Sequence record: NC_050153.1
Source of the DNA: Escherichia phage vB_EcoM-Ro157c2YLVW
DNA length: 64,000 nt
Direction: 5' to 3' (one strand)
Under the pieces are notes generated by a model that saw nothing but the letters and a program-made list of their open reading frames with translations, searched no databases and was not told where the DNA came from. This document shows, in pieces, positions 9,698 to 21,837 of this stretch. The position numbers were made by a program, and so were the translations under genes. Numbering within the stretch: the stretch's first letter is position 1; every line of letters starts with the position of its first letter.

Positions 9698-12546
9698 TAT
9701 GCAAGCCTCACAATATAGTTAAATGCGATGTTTTTTACGGTGTTTTCTTCGTTACCCGTAGCGTTAACGGTGATGGTGTGTCCGTGGGGACCAATAATGA
9801 CAGAATGGGCATGAGCACCAATGCCGATAGTGTGGTTATGGGCACCGATATATACATTGTGAGCATGCCCGCCTGCGCTCGACGTGGTACCAGTACCTAA
9901 CGCAGCGTTAAAACCGGCTGATACACCATTCCCCGCGCCAGTGTGACCAACAGGTATATTGTGTGAATGATTTCCAGCGCTATTCGTAGTTTTTGTGCCG
10001 TAATCAAATGAACTGGTCGTTTTAGTACCGTAATCAAACGACGATGTGGTTTTCGTCCCCAAATCCGTACTGGATGCGCTGGCGCTGTGGGTGTGCGATT
10101 TAATGCCGTCCTGTTCCTGAGACAATACGGCACGACCACTGCCGGGCTTGCCCTTAATCGTCCAGCCACGCATATCAGGAATAACGCCTGACGGATAAGC
10201 CGCTGCAAGTTTCGGGTATGCAGATTTGTCAAAAGTCTGCCCCTGCATCAGGGCATAACCAGACGGAACGGTATCTGATGGCCACGGGATTGGTGCGCCG
10301 ACTGGGTAGCTTTCTGGTGGAAGATTTTTCGAGGTATAAACTTCTGCCCAGTCTTCCTCAAAACCATAACCGTCTCTTGAAGAACGGTAGAACAGACCAC
10401 CATTTCTGTAATGCGCCTTCATCTGCAAGGTCGGGCAACTTCCGACTCCGGTATAGAAGTTAACCAGAATATAGCTGTCGGCAGAGCGAATGACATTGTA
10501 AGCGCCTGATTCGGCATTCCAGGGAACGCCCCCATCCGCATCGGCATACGTATCCGTTGCTCTTCTGGCAAAAGCAGCAACATGCGCAGCGGTTAAAGTG
10601 ATATCAGTAGAACCATCAAACGAGACGCCATTGATAGTACATGCTGTCTGCAACTTGGTCGCTGTAGCCGCATTACCAGAGGTGTCCTGATCCCCTTTGG
10701 CATTGACGCCGGGAATTGAATCTTTTGACGTATAGACCTGCGCCCATTCAGACCAGTTGGCAGAATCAGTATCACGCCGCGAACGGATATGTACGGGCGC
10801 ATGGTCACCGCTCGTGCCACTCCAGCCAATGAATAACTCACCTTCGCCAGCAGCGGTGGCACCTTTAAGGTGAAGCACATTGCCATAGGTGGAAGGGTAG
10901 CCATTGTTGTATGCCTCATACAGCTGAATCCCGGATGTTCCCTGTGCATTCGCCTCTAGGGCCGTTACGCGACCGCGAGATACCAGAGTATTGATATTAA
11001 TGTCAGCCGAACCATCGAATCTGACGCCATTAATGTTTATGGCTGTTTTTAATTTCGTCGCGGTGTCGGCGTTCCCTGTCAGCGCCCCGGTGATCCCACC
11101 GTTGAAAGTCTGGCGTGCACTCCATTTGTTAGCCGTGCTCAACAGGGGGATCTTTTCACCGCTTGTGCCAAGTTCTCTTAAATCAAGGTATTGGATAACA
11201 GCAAGGACGCTTGTTTTGGCCAGAATATCGCGACCGACTGACGTTAAGTCAGTCTGAGAAATAGTGTCTGTACCGGTAAAGTACGGCAATTTATTTGCGC
11301 CTGTAGCAAGACCAGCAAGCGCGGTTAAAGTTGCATCCAGAGGCTGTTTGCCTGCCAGCGCATTTGTCATTGTTGTCGCAAAGTTCGGGTCATTACCAAG
11401 TGCTGCGGCAAGCTCATTCAGGGTATCAAGAGCTTCTGGTGATGAACCAACCAATGCGGATATGGCAGCTCTTACATAAGCGGTCGTAGCAATCTGCGTG
11501 TTATTCGTACCCTGTGCAGCGGTAGGCGCAGTAGGTATTCCCGTTAATGCAGGACTTGCTAAAGGAGCTTTAAGAGCCAGAGCATTGTTGATAGTTGTGC
11601 TGAAATTCGGGTCGTTATTGATCGCAGCAGCTATTTCTTTAAGCGTATCCAGTGTGCCAGGTGCACCGTTGATAAGTGCCGTTATAGCTGCCTTAACAAA
11701 GGCTGTATTTGCGATCTGCGTGCTATTTGTACCTTGCGCTGCCGTCGGCGCGGTTGGCGTTCCTGTCAGACTCGGGCTTTCTATTGGCGCTTTGGTATCA
11801 GCAAGATCTTTTACAGACTTAACGGCTTTAGGGGTAGCCGCCATTGTTTCGCTGTCGCTGTTAGTTTCGCTACTGAGCTGAACTAATCCCTTTTGCGTTG
11901 TGCTTGCATCCTGCGCCGTATACTTACTGTTCGCCAGATCGTAGGCTTTTTTAACTGCCAGCGAACTTGCAGCAACATCACTTCTGCTACTGGTTACAGA
12001 GTCTGAAATATCAATGCCGATCGTGCGGTTAATACGCTCGGATGTATCAATCATCTCCTGGGTAATGGCTGATACTCCAGCAGGGATATTCACCGTACAA
12101 ACAAGCAGCTCCCCATCTCCTAACTGATATGAATCGGTATAGGTTCTGGTAACAAATTCAGCCGCATGAATATGTGACGCGGTATTAACCTGATAGGTAT
12201 CCTCTCCAAGGAGGTATCTTCCCTTCAGCACAATTGCATATTTCTTGCCTGCACTAAGTGCAAGAGGAATATCCGTACATTGCTGAATAGTTACCTGGTA
12301 GAATTCACCAATATCCACCGACGCCGCGCCTGCGGTTTTATCTCCATCCACTGAGGTGATTAACAGGTTCATCCCACCGCCAGGCTTAGGTAAGAAACCG
12401 GCATAAAATCCCGGGTCAACAATCCCCCTGAATTTTCGGTTTAGCGCGGCTGACAGATATGGTTCGTGGTATTGCACATCAGCAACCAGAGCCAACGACT
12501 CGGGTGATGGGTAAGTAACCGATGTAACAACTGTAACGTCATTCAT
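9697..12546 (-). CDS. tail fibre protein (S-like)
   Basis: Long ORF; likely start at MNDVTVV (ATG 12546, AAGGA RBS); tandem ~55-aa tail-fibre repeats (...[22 protein letters not shown]...) and His-rich C-terminal tip with [10 protein letters not shown] x3 and HxH boxes. Confidence 0.8.
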   Translation of the reverse strand: MNDVTVVTSVTYPSPESLALVADVQYHEPYLSAALNRKFRGIVDPGFYAGFLPKPGGGMNLLITSVDGDKTAGAASVDIGEFYQVTIQQCTDIPLALSAGKKYAIVLKGRYLLGEDTYQVNTASHIHAAEFVTRTYTDSYQLGDGELLVCTVNIPAGVSAITQEMIDTSERINRTIGIDISDSVTSSRSDVAASSLAVKKAYDLANSKYTAQDASTTQKGLVQLSSETNSDSETMAATPKAVKSVKDLADTKAPIESPSLTGTPTAPTAAQGTNSTQIANTAFVKAAITALINGAPGTLDTLKEIAAAINNDPNFSTTINNALALKAPLASPALTGIPTAPTAAQGTNNTQIATTAYVRAAISALVGSSPEALDTLNELAAALGNDPNFATTMTNALAGKQPLDATLTALAGLATGANKLPYFTGTDTISQTDLTSVGRDILAKTSVLAVIQYLDLRELGTSGEKIPLLSTANKWSARQTFNGGITGALTGNADTATKLKTAININGVRFDGSADININTLVSRGRVTALEANAQGTSGIQLYEAYNNGYPSTYGNVLHLKGATAAGEGELFIGWSGTSGDHAPVHIRSRRDTDSANWSEWAQVYTSKDSIPGVNAKGDQDTSGNAATATKLQTACTINGVSFDGSTDITLTAAHVAAFARRATDTYADADGGVPWNAESGAYNVIRSADSYILVNFYTGVGSCPTLQMKAHYRNGGLFYRSSRDGYGFEEDWAEVYTSKNLPPESYPVGAPIPWPSDTVPSGYALMQGQTFDKSAYPKLAAAYPSGVIPDMRGWTIKGKPGSGRAVLSQEQDGIKSHTHSASASSTDLGTKTTSSFDYGTKTTSSFDYGTKTTNSAGNHSHNIPVGHTGAGNGVSAGFNAALGTGTTSSAGGHAHNVYIGAHNHTIGIGAHAHSVIIGPHGHTITVNATGNEENTVKNIAFNYIVRLA

Positions 12547-12557
12547 CAAGCATATCC

Positions 12558-12992
12558 TTATGCTGTAGTCGTGTTTATGGCCATAACTGCGGTATATGTT
12601 TTGCCCACATACAGCGAGTCTTCCTGGACACAAATAATGGCGATTGGCTTGTTCTCGTTATCCAGAACAACCAGAGTGTTGAATGGGTAGTTTTTCCCTT
12701 CCTGCAACTGGCTTTGATCAAGGTCCATTCGGACAGTAATTATCCCACCTGAGTAGGTTGGCACGAGGTTGATGGTACAAAATTGGCTGGTCAGTTCTGC
12801 CAGATCGAAAGCCTTTGGCAGTTCTCCAATCTCATAAGTGCCATCTCCTTTCTTAGTAACCAGAGAACTGGTACCGAAAACGGCCTTGCTGATTAAAAAT
12901 CGAGAGCCTTTGTTAATGGACGATTCAGCGCGCCGCTGATAGTAATAGTCCAACAACTGACTCTTATAGAGGTTTGTTGAGACGTCAGACAT
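12558..12992 (-). CDS. tail fibre-associated structural protein (R-like)
   Basis: 144-aa ORF immediately upstream of the tail fibre gene in the same operon. Confidence 0.5.
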   Translation of the reverse strand: MSDVSTNLYKSQLLDYYYQRRAESSINKGSRFLISKAVFGTSSLVTKKGDGTYEIGELPKAFDLAELTSQFCTINLVPTYSGGIITVRMDLDQSQLQEGKNYPFNTLVVLDNENKPIAIICVQEDSLYVGKTYTAVMAINTTTA

Positions 12993-13042
12993 GATTTTCC
13001 CTAATCACTGTTGTGAAGCCTCATTGTAAGAGAAGTAACTTG

Positions 13043-13068
13043 TCACCCCGCCCTGCGGACGGGGTGAT
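13043..13068 (-). other. GC hairpin between baseplate and tail-fibre genes
   Basis: TCACCCCG ... CGGGGTGA inverted repeat. Confidence 0.35.
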
Positions 13069-13070
13069 TG

Positions 13071-13910
13071 TCAGGCGTCGCTATCCAGCAACAAATCATC
13101 TGCGCGGGTGCGATCAAACGTAGGTGTCGCTTTCACAATAGTGCCACCAGGCGTTGCGGTGATCGGGGCGCTAATCGACGTAACTCCAGTAAGCGAAGTT
13201 GTATCCGAAGTTTCAAACCAGCAGAATGCTTTTTCGGTATCAGAAATCTCGTTCAAAGTGATCATGTCGGCCTGTTCATTTACAACAACCGACAAATAGA
13301 GCGTAAGCCCATCAAACACTATATGCAGTGGCAGTAGAGGCTTTACGAACTGATTAAACTTTCTGAGAATTTCTTCTGTAATTGCGGACTGATCTATCGT
13401 GCCAGTAATACCCATTGTCCGGGCCAGGTCGTTTATGGGAATACTGATCATCCCTCTGGAAGTCAGAAACATCTCGCCGAATGTGCCGCCGGTAGTCTCC
13501 AATGTGCTTTCTGGTATTAGAACTGTGCCATAGGGATGACGCTCAAGGTCCACCGGTGCATATATCGGATCCCATAAAACAGAAATACCGTTAAATTCGC
13601 GGTAAATTGTCTGGTTTATAGGACGTTCAGTTCCCTTAAAGTGGATCTCATCAAGCCGCTGTTGTAACAACATCGGAACGGAAGATGAGTCCGAGGTTCT
13701 GATAGTAAAGAACTGGCCAAGTTCATTTGTCCTGGTCTCCAGATCCTCCTTGCTCATGGAGAAAATAGACTTCCGGTTGGTAATTCGCTCCAACCATGGG
13801 TCAACAAAGGTGTCCATCATTGACTGAACCAAATCAGCCAATGATTTATAGAGCAATGACTTTTGCTTAGCTGATGTAAGCCGGTTATTAAACCAGGAAC
13901 GCTGCATCAC
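13071..13910 (-). CDS. baseplate/tail structural protein
   Basis: 279-aa ORF; stop/start overlap with upstream gene (13907-13910). Confidence 0.5.
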   Translation of the reverse strand: MMQRSWFNNRLTSAKQKSLLYKSLADLVQSMMDTFVDPWLERITNRKSIFSMSKEDLETRTNELGQFFTIRTSDSSSVPMLLQQRLDEIHFKGTERPINQTIYREFNGISVLWDPIYAPVDLERHPYGTVLIPESTLETTGGTFGEMFLTSRGMISIPINDLARTMGITGTIDQSAITEEILRKFNQFVKPLLPLHIVFDGLTLYLSVVVNEQADMITLNEISDTEKAFCWFETSDTTSLTGVTSISAPITATPGGTIVKATPTFDRTRADDLLLDSDA

Positions 13911-15340
13911 TCCTCCTCATACGAAATATTAAAGGTGGAGTTTTCTGTATCCAGATAAACGAAATCGTAAAAGCCGTTGGACTCATTCCACTCGACAAAT
14001 TCCAGATAAAAGTCGCGGAAATAACCCAGCGTTTCGATAAACGCCCAAACGTCTTTTTTCTTAATCAGGATGTACTTCCCGACGCGGTTCGGATCAAAGA
14101 AAGTTGAGTCGCGCCCAAATTTTGTTTCCAGTGCCGACTTCAGCTCATCGGTCACATTCTCAATGGTCAGGCTTGCCGATATCCGTCCGGTGATGGTTAT
14201 CTTAAATGGTAGTTTTCTGACCTCTTTATACGAGAATTTCTTGTTCAACTCATTCGGCACCTTCTTAAAGGCAGCCAGGATCATTTCTTCAAGCTCTGAC
14301 TGGCTTTTATTTGGATGCCACCCTGAAATAAATATCTTATTGATATTCCGAACATTATAAGCACCATCTAATTTCTCTTGCTGGCCTTCGCCCCATGCCT
14401 TTACCCATGACAGTCCCGGGATGTTACGCACCAGAAAATACGTATAGTCCCCGCCCCATACGACCTGATCATCATAGGCAAGGTAATATTGTGCACGATT
14501 ACGTGTGATCTCCGTTGTTTCGGCATCGGTACCTGCGGTTATGGGTGTCGTTGTCTTAACTGAAATCAAATTAGCTAAATTAGCCGCAGAATCGACAGGC
14601 GTCAGATTTTGGCCAGCAACCAAGGTTATATCTCCGTTGGTGCACCATACCTTAAGTGTAATGGTCGAGCCTTCTGGCGGTATTTGCCCAATTAGCCCAT
14701 CACCGAATCGAACCCCCAACTGCTCGGATGGTTTATAAAACTCAACGTAGACTTGGCTTTTACTACCGGCTAACCGGAACATAGTGCTGGAAGACCACTG
14801 CGTGGTCTTACCATCGGTCGTCACGAATACTTCCAGCTTATAGCAGACAGCAGTGAGAGCCTTTGATAACACGACTTCCAGAAATTCTTTGGCTGCCGTA
14901 ACGGTATATGTCACCTCCTGGATTTCCAACTGTGCCACTTCTACCGTACCGGTGCCGTCAACCAACCTGCATACATCCATAGTCATGTAAGGGTACTGGT
15001 CGTCAGATATTAAAGGCATGTTTTTGGGGATTACCGCTGGGGCATCTTCACTTGTGGCGGTGATCTCAATCATCCCCGATGACGGTGTTGGCTTGGTACC
15101 AACGTAACTATTCGTTTCTGCCGCTGCCAGGATAGAGGAACGCCGCGTCGCGGTCGATATAAAGCCTTCAGCCAGCGCCGCATCGGCATACTGAAAGCAC
15201 CTGTAGACAATCTGGGTAATAAACAATGTCAGCATCGAGACAAATTGAGAGCCGACAAACTTCGACCAGAATGAATCTTTCTCGACAAGCTCTTCAAACT
15301 CTGCACGAATACTGTCTTTAGTCGGTGTTGTTTTACTCAT
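13907..15340 (-). CDS. baseplate structural protein (wedge-like)
   Basis: 477-aa ORF; overlapping start/stop with neighbours. Confidence 0.5.
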   Translation of the reverse strand: MSKTTPTKDSIRAEFEELVEKDSFWSKFVGSQFVSMLTLFITQIVYRCFQYADAALAEGFISTATRRSSILAAAETNSYVGTKPTPSSGMIEITATSEDAPAVIPKNMPLISDDQYPYMTMDVCRLVDGTGTVEVAQLEIQEVTYTVTAAKEFLEVVLSKALTAVCYKLEVFVTTDGKTTQWSSSTMFRLAGSKSQVYVEFYKPSEQLGVRFGDGLIGQIPPEGSTITLKVWCTNGDITLVAGQNLTPVDSAANLANLISVKTTTPITAGTDAETTEITRNRAQYYLAYDDQVVWGGDYTYFLVRNIPGLSWVKAWGEGQQEKLDGAYNVRNINKIFISGWHPNKSQSELEEMILAAFKKVPNELNKKFSYKEVRKLPFKITITGRISASLTIENVTDELKSALETKFGRDSTFFDPNRVGKYILIKKKDVWAFIETLGYFRDFYLEFVEWNESNGFYDFVYLDTENSTFNISYEEE

Positions 15341-15696
15341 AGCACCACGTCCTGTGTGATAGTTATATCCCTGATACGAATGGATATTTTCAACTTATCA
15401 AAAGCATCTCCCTCGGCTACTGACAAGCCAGAAATCGGTATGTCAGGTAAATCTACCGTCAGTTTTTGCAACAGCATTGCCTCAACCGCAATTTGAACAT
15501 GCGACAAGTTGGTCGGTTCGTGTTTAAACTGCGGTAAAACATTGCCCCATGACGGATCTCCGTATACCTCACCCTGATAAGTGTTTAGCCACTCATATAA
15601 ACGAGCGCCCCAGGCCTCCTCCTGGGACTCATACGTTTTTACGCCGGATAACTCCAGCGTCAGCAAAGGATCAATTTCGTTATTGTTGGCCATCAA
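15337..15696 (-). CDS. small baseplate protein
   Basis: 119-aa ORF overlapping both neighbours by 4 nt. Confidence 0.45.
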   Translation of the reverse strand: MMANNNEIDPLLTLELSGVKTYESQEEAWGARLYEWLNTYQGEVYGDPSWGNVLPQFKHEPTNLSHVQIAVEAMLLQKLTVDLPDIPISGLSVAEGDAFDKLKISIRIRDITITQDVVL

Positions 15697-18600
15697 TCAA
15701 CTCTCGCGTAGTCATTCATCAACGGATCATCAATTGACAGTGGTACCGTGCGCATAACGCCCGGCTGAGGCGTGCTGACCTTTACGACAGTTCCCTGGCC
15801 TTTCGCCGAGTCTTTGGTGTGCTCTTCAATCCTGGCAAGCAATGAGGTCATCTGCGCAAACAGCCGCTTCGTTTCACCATCAAGTGAAACGGTATTATCA
15901 GCCAACTGCATTGTCGGCTTGGCACCGGAGCCGCCAAGGTCACTAATAACCTGTCCGTCTATCTGCATACGACCGGTTGGTTGCTGCAAATCGTTGACGG
16001 CAGTCGTCACCTGGGACGTGGAGGCTGGTTCAGGCGCATTATTTTTCCGCATCCCCGGCGAGTTGCGGAGTTTATCGAATAGTCCATCAATCCCCATTTG
16101 TGCGCCGAGTTGGTCAAAGTAACTTGAGTTGCTGGCCACCGGACGCGCCTCTTCAACTGGCATCGGAGTATCAACATACACATTGCCAGCTGCTGTTGCG
16201 GTCCCCTTCCCTCGTGCACGTTCTTCGAGCGTTCCCTGAACGACTTCCCGACGCATACCCCGGCCATTCATGAATTTGTTGACCAGATCGTTAACGCCAA
16301 CAGCATTGCCGATTTTGTCTACCAAACCGCCTTTCTCAAACGGGCTATCACCAGGGGTAAACGCCAGACCAGTAGACTGATCGATAACGGCGTTATCAGG
16401 TAGTGGTTCCCTCACTCCATATTGCGCCCCACCCTGTGCTCCTGCCCCAGGTGTATAGATTTCACCACCTAAATAGCGAGCACGATGAGTATTGACCTTG
16501 ATCGCGTACTCACGGTTTTCCTTCGATAAGTCACCGGTGCCTTTTTTCCACTTATTAATAGTGCCAAACCCAGCGTTATATGCAGTGATGGCCTCGTTTA
16601 AGTCTCCATTGGCTTGCTTCAGATACTTGCTCATGAGAAGAGCCGCAGCTTCTGCCGATTTCACAGGATCAAACGATTCACCTTCAGCTAAGCCAGTCTC
16701 TTCACGAGCAATGCCCGTGAACTGAAACATTCCTAGAGCACCAGTTTGGGATTTTGCGTACGGATTACCACCAGATTCAGTTGCAGCAATCGCGTAAAGA
16801 GTGCCTTCAGGAAGACCATATTTATTCTCCAGTTCAGCAAAATACGGAGCTAACTTATCGAGATTTGCCTTACCTTCAGCGCCAAGGCTTCCGACTTTTA
16901 CATCTAAGTTGCCATTATTGTAGGTATCAGCAGCTTTCTGAATGTCATTCCTGGTGCCGGTGGTATTACGCGACGATGATGACGAGCTATTTTGTCCAAT
17001 AGCTGAATCAATTTTCCGCACCGCGCTATTGCCCGTTTCTACGGCATTTGCATTGATAATCTGATTGGCAGTTTCTTTAACTGTTTTATTGCTATCTTTC
17101 GCCGTGTCCAGTGCCGCATTTATCACGCGGGTAGCAATATTAGTCTGTTTAGCATCGGATTCAGTTTTAGAATCAGATGTCTCCTGGTGGCTATTAACCG
17201 GAGCTTTTAACTCTGGAGTGATTTCTTTTGCATTAGCCTCGCCGATCGGATTGGGTATTTTTGATACAATCATTGCCGCAGGGGTATTTTTAACGGCATC
17301 AACCGCTGCATCTAATGCTTTACCGGGTAAACTTTTAACCCCATCCCAAATATTACCAGCCGCCTCTTTAATGTGTTTTCCTGGGTTCTTAATGAAGTCA
17401 ATTGCACTATCAATTGCATCACTGAAAACCTGTTTCAGGTTATCGACAGTAAAGAAGTCTTTTATGGCATCCAGCTTTTCAAGCAACTTATTAGATGTAT
17501 CGCTAAACCATGCTGAAACAGCATCACCAATCTTTGCTGTGTAATCATCGAACTTGGTAGAAATGGTGTCGCCAAGGTTAGAAATATATGTTTCTAAGTT
17601 GGTAACCCCACTATCAATGGCCTGGGCAATACTTTCCGTCGAAAATGATTGCAACATATTGCCGATATCCTCAAATCCAAGTGATTTGAGAACATCACCA
17701 ATAGCACTGCTAATACCAGATACCAGTCCCCCCATATCGAGAACATTGGCTAACGTATAAGCGGCTTTTTGCTGGAATGATGGATCTTGTCCTGATTTAA
17801 GCCCAAACGCTCGACGTTGCGCTTCTGTATCATTCCAACCGGTTACCGCATCATAAATACCTCCAGCCACTGTGCCGACTAGGGGAATTGCGCGTAACGC
17901 CCCTTTACCAACTGCCTTTAATCCAAGTTTACCTGCTGCCCGGGCAGCCAAATCTCCGCCTTCATGGGCGAGAGTCTTCTTGCCACCACCGCGTAGCATT
18001 CCTACAAGTTTCTTTGCCCCCAGAGCGCCAAAAGCGAGTGCTCCAGCTTTTTTCAGCATGCCACGCCCCATTAACAACGACGCGACGCCACCGGCCCCCT
18101 TCCCTAACAGGCTAAATAGTTTGGACAGCAAGCCGCCCTTCTTTTTACCGGTGTTTTTGGCTATCTGATCAAGGGCGCGGAGAATCTTGTCATTGCCCTC
18201 TTTAATTTCGCTGGTCTGCTCCTGAAGTTCCTGAACCGTCCGTTTTTGGGTGTTAACCTGAACGACATCGGCACTATTTTGCGATTTACGCCTAAAAAAA
18301 CCTTTTCTACGGCTGTTATCGTCATTGCCACGAATCACATCGGCAATAGACTTTCTGGCACCATTAAGCGATCCACCAACTTCTTTTGATATCCCGCCAA
18401 GCTCCTTCCCTGCTGCCCACAATGGACCAGCAACGGCATAACCTAACGCATCGACGGCACGAGTCTCTGAAGGGTTGCCTATGCCTTCAGCTACTTTTGA
18501 CAGTTTTTTTAATAAACCTGATTCAGCATTTAGACGCTCATCATCCTCTTTGCGCCTGGCCTTTTCAGCACGTTCAGCACGGGCATCTTCCGCTGCGGCC

Positions 18601-19085
18601 TTACTCCCTGACTTTCCAATAAAACGACCACGCGCATCGCGTTGGTTTTGGCTTTTTTGCGCACCGCCTTTTTGACCGAACATTTCGCGAGCGTGTTCGG
18701 CTGCTTCGGTCCGTTGCGCCTTTACATCTTCTGTTATAGCCTTCTTGCGTCGTTTTTTACCCTTTCGCGTAGTTGATTTGGCCTGCGGTTCCTGTAGAGC
18801 AACATCCTCCTGAACTACACGAGAAACGTCCCCTAAATTAAGCCGTTTCATTGCCTCAACAATAGGGTCCACTGATGGCGCATTGGCCACAAGGTCTGGC
18901 CGGGAATTTTCGATTGTGCGATTTAATGCCGACACACTGCGAGAGACAGGATCAACTGTAGCAACTCGCCCCCCTTTCAAATCTTCAACGGCTTCCCGAA
19001 TACCTGCAAGCTCTTCCAGCTCTTTTGCGCTGGCGGTTTCAACCGTCCTTATCACATCGTCAATGTTGGCGTTTTTTCTTTCCAT
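15693..19085 (-). CDS. sit: Sit-like injection/tape-measure-type protein with soluble lytic transglycosylase domain
   Basis: 1130-aa ORF; SLT motifs ...AIAATESGGNPYAKSQTGALGMFQFTG...AYNAGFG...; Gly/Lys/Ala-rich low-complexity regions. Confidence 0.75.
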   Translation of the reverse strand: MERKNANIDDVIRTVETASAKELEELAGIREAVEDLKGGRVATVDPVSRSVSALNRTIENSRPDLVANAPSVDPIVEAMKRLNLGDVSRVVQEDVALQEPQAKSTTRKGKKRRKKAITEDVKAQRTEAAEHAREMFGQKGGAQKSQNQRDARGRFIGKSGSKAAAEDARAERAEKARRKEDDERLNAESGLLKKLSKVAEGIGNPSETRAVDALGYAVAGPLWAAGKELGGISKEVGGSLNGARKSIADVIRGNDDNSRRKGFFRRKSQNSADVVQVNTQKRTVQELQEQTSEIKEGNDKILRALDQIAKNTGKKKGGLLSKLFSLLGKGAGGVASLLMGRGMLKKAGALAFGALGAKKLVGMLRGGGKKTLAHEGGDLAARAAGKLGLKAVGKGALRAIPLVGTVAGGIYDAVTGWNDTEAQRRAFGLKSGQDPSFQQKAAYTLANVLDMGGLVSGISSAIGDVLKSLGFEDIGNMLQSFSTESIAQAIDSGVTNLETYISNLGDTISTKFDDYTAKIGDAVSAWFSDTSNKLLEKLDAIKDFFTVDNLKQVFSDAIDSAIDFIKNPGKHIKEAAGNIWDGVKSLPGKALDAAVDAVKNTPAAMIVSKIPNPIGEANAKEITPELKAPVNSHQETSDSKTESDAKQTNIATRVINAALDTAKDSNKTVKETANQIINANAVETGNSAVRKIDSAIGQNSSSSSSRNTTGTRNDIQKAADTYNNGNLDVKVGSLGAEGKANLDKLAPYFAELENKYGLPEGTLYAIAATESGGNPYAKSQTGALGMFQFTGIAREETGLAEGESFDPVKSAEAAALLMSKYLKQANGDLNEAITAYNAGFGTINKWKKGTGDLSKENREYAIKVNTHRARYLGGEIYTPGAGAQGGAQYGVREPLPDNAVIDQSTGLAFTPGDSPFEKGGLVDKIGNAVGVNDLVNKFMNGRGMRREVVQGTLEERARGKGTATAAGNVYVDTPMPVEEARPVASNSSYFDQLGAQMGIDGLFDKLRNSPGMRKNNAPEPASTSQVTTAVNDLQQPTGRMQIDGQVISDLGGSGAKPTMQLADNTVSLDGETKRLFAQMTSLLARIEEHTKDSAKGQGTVVKVSTPQPGVMRTVPLSIDDPLMNDYARVD

Positions 19086-19166
19086 GATCTTATCGCCTAC
19101 CGCTTCGGTTTAAGTTTTTCTTCCAGTTTCTCCAACAGGAAAAACGCATAGGATTCAGTGAGCCTT

Positions 19167-20048
19167 TCAGCGTCCTGAATCGGTATACCCCCATACAAAA
19201 CCAGGTTGGACACTAAGGTCTGATAGCTTTTCAATCCCCACCTGTGGAATGAAGTCGGTAGCCCGAAAGGGCACCCACAGACGGGTATACGCACCCTCTG
19301 TGGACTCCTTTGTATCCTGGTTTGGGCATTTGTGCGGCGGGAGACGAAGACGCATTTCGCCTTTATCGATGTAGCACGGTAAACCATGTTCGAGCTTTTC
19401 ATGAGCCAGCCGGATGTGTGCCGCCAGCTTCATAAATTCAGTATCAATGGCCATCCGTTTGATCGTTTCATAACGACGCTCAGCCTGCTCTTCACGAGTA
19501 CCGCTAACATCGTTATAAAGTTCACACTGATAAGCGAATTCCCAAAAACGCAAATCAACGATCGCTTCTTTGAATTCCGCGTCGTCTTCAGGTGGCAATG
19601 CTGCACGGCGCATCTCCAGCATTTCCATTGCCCAACCATCAAGCGGCACGATACGCCATTGATAAGGCACGCCCTCTACAGACACCTCAATATCGTCAAT
19701 GAACGGTTCCACTTCCAGGACCTGGATATCTTCAGCCAGAGCATTCATATCGCAATCGTAATAATGCTCTTTACCGCAATGTTTACAGGTGTAGGTGAAT
19801 GTCTCGACCGGTGTTTCACGGGAGCCAGTAAATATCCACCATAACGCGGTAATCCGGTCCTGCGCCGTCCATGTCAGGGGATCATATTTCGCGGGTTCAG
19901 CCAGCAAGACTTTTAAATACGCCGTTGTCTGTTGTTCTTGTTCCTCCGGTGTTATCGAGTTGAAACGCATCGCATCAGCAATATTTGGCTGACGGAACTG
20001 GATCAATTCAGTTGGCCGCGATGGTAGCGGGAAAAGAGGTAAAAGCAT
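19167..20048 (-). CDS. tail/baseplate-operon protein with Cys cluster (CKHCGKEHYYDCD)
   Basis: 293-aa ORF with AAGGAG RBS before the ATG. Confidence 0.5.
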   Translation of the reverse strand: MLLPLFPLPSRPTELIQFRQPNIADAMRFNSITPEEQEQQTTAYLKVLLAEPAKYDPLTWTAQDRITALWWIFTGSRETPVETFTYTCKHCGKEHYYDCDMNALAEDIQVLEVEPFIDDIEVSVEGVPYQWRIVPLDGWAMEMLEMRRAALPPEDDAEFKEAIVDLRFWEFAYQCELYNDVSGTREEQAERRYETIKRMAIDTEFMKLAAHIRLAHEKLEHGLPCYIDKGEMRLRLPPHKCPNQDTKESTEGAYTRLWVPFRATDFIPQVGIEKLSDLSVQPGFVWGYTDSGR

Positions 20049-20062
20049 CCTTGCTCCTTAAT

Positions 20063-20674
20063 TCAAAGAGAAAAACTAAAGCCCAGAAGGGAAGCTAAAG
20101 AACTTGAGGATTGGTTAAACGTGCTGTGCAATGCGAAGGTCATTGGGAATGACTTAAATTCCGTAACCTGATCCCGCGCATAGGTGACATCGCCGGTAGT
20201 GACCGGGAATACCGTCATCTCATTTTCCAGTTTGGTTAAACCGGAGGACAGCAACCGATAAATGCGCACATTGAGCAAATATTTAGACGGTATATTCCCG
20301 GTACCGTCCGGATTGATAACCCGACCTTTTGCCGTCTTAAACCAGTCCAAAACGAGGCCATCAACGGTATCCCTGACCATCATTGTTATCTGCCCAGGCG
20401 AACGCTCCGTTGGCTGAAGGATATTCCCTCCGCCGATTTTAATCGTTTCATATTCGATGCTGTAATCGTGGTAGGTAATGTCTTTAGCAAAGAAGTCTGC
20501 CCCCTCCAGACCATCAACTTCGACAGAGAACTGCCATCCTTGCGCGAACAGCATTTTGTTCATGATGATTGACGTCAGCTTACCAACTTCCCGCTCACCA
20601 ACGCCGGAGCCAAATAATGTCGTCGTTAATGCCGAAGATACATAAGACTTTACTGAAGCAACATTAAGCCCCAT
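20063..20674 (-). CDS. tail structural protein (tube-like candidate)
   Basis: 203-aa ORF with GGGAG RBS; beta-rich composition. Confidence 0.4.
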   Translation of the reverse strand: MGLNVASVKSYVSSALTTTLFGSGVGEREVGKLTSIIMNKMLFAQGWQFSVEVDGLEGADFFAKDITYHDYSIEYETIKIGGGNILQPTERSPGQITMMVRDTVDGLVLDWFKTAKGRVINPDGTGNIPSKYLLNVRIYRLLSSGLTKLENEMTVFPVTTGDVTYARDQVTEFKSFPMTFALHSTFNQSSSSLASLLGFSFSL

Positions 20675-20684
20675 ATCAGCTCCC

Positions 20685-21275
<591 letters not shown>

Positions 21276-21309
21276 TTAACCGATTCTACGAGTAGTCATT
21301 TGTGACAGG

Positions 21310-21786
21310 TCATTTTGCGCGCTTCAGGCAGCCATCTTCAGGTGCCGCGTTGAAAAGCTCTGCGGCCTTACGTAGCGTAAATGTTGCGATTTTTTTTCCG
21401 TCTACGTATGCATCGAATGTTTTAACTTCCATATCAGGGGTATCTGACCAAAAACCATACCAGTAACTATCACCCACAGAGGAACCGATAGAACTGATAG
21501 GATATTCATCATCACCAACTTTCAGCGTTATTTGTTCTTTTTTAGCATCAAATGACTCACCGCCAGGTTCTGTTTTCATGAGAGTGAGTAGTCGTGTTCC
21601 TACTTGATTGGGATCCGTATTATTAAATTCAACATCGCACTCAAATGTAAGCGTATAATTATCTTTGCTGGAAACAGCATAAGAACGAACACCATGAGTC
21701 TCGCCGGTTGACCATTTGCTTACATTTGCCATTGATGAAAACGGAGTAAGCAAAGCAATAACTAGTAAAAATCGTTTGATGCGCAT
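21310..21786 (-). CDS. secreted protein with N-terminal signal peptide (sim-region candidate)
   Basis: 158-aa ORF; MRIKRFLLVIALLTPFSSMA signal-like N-terminus. Confidence 0.5.
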   Translation of the reverse strand: MRIKRFLLVIALLTPFSSMANVSKWSTGETHGVRSYAVSSKDNYTLTFECDVEFNNTDPNQVGTRLLTLMKTEPGGESFDAKKEQITLKVGDDEYPISSIGSSVGDSYWYGFWSDTPDMEVKTFDAYVDGKKIATFTLRKAAELFNAAPEDGCLKRAK

Positions 21787-21837
21787 TAATTTATCTCCTT
21801 TGGATATTAATATTTTAATTAGTTAACCACCATATAT

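Noticed and set aside
11270-11800. Tandem DNA repeats inside the tail-fibre gene as a possible CRISPR array or VNTR
   Set aside because: The repeats are in-frame ~165-bp units encoding the tail-fibre repeat domain; there are no short spacers or a direct-repeat/spacer pattern.
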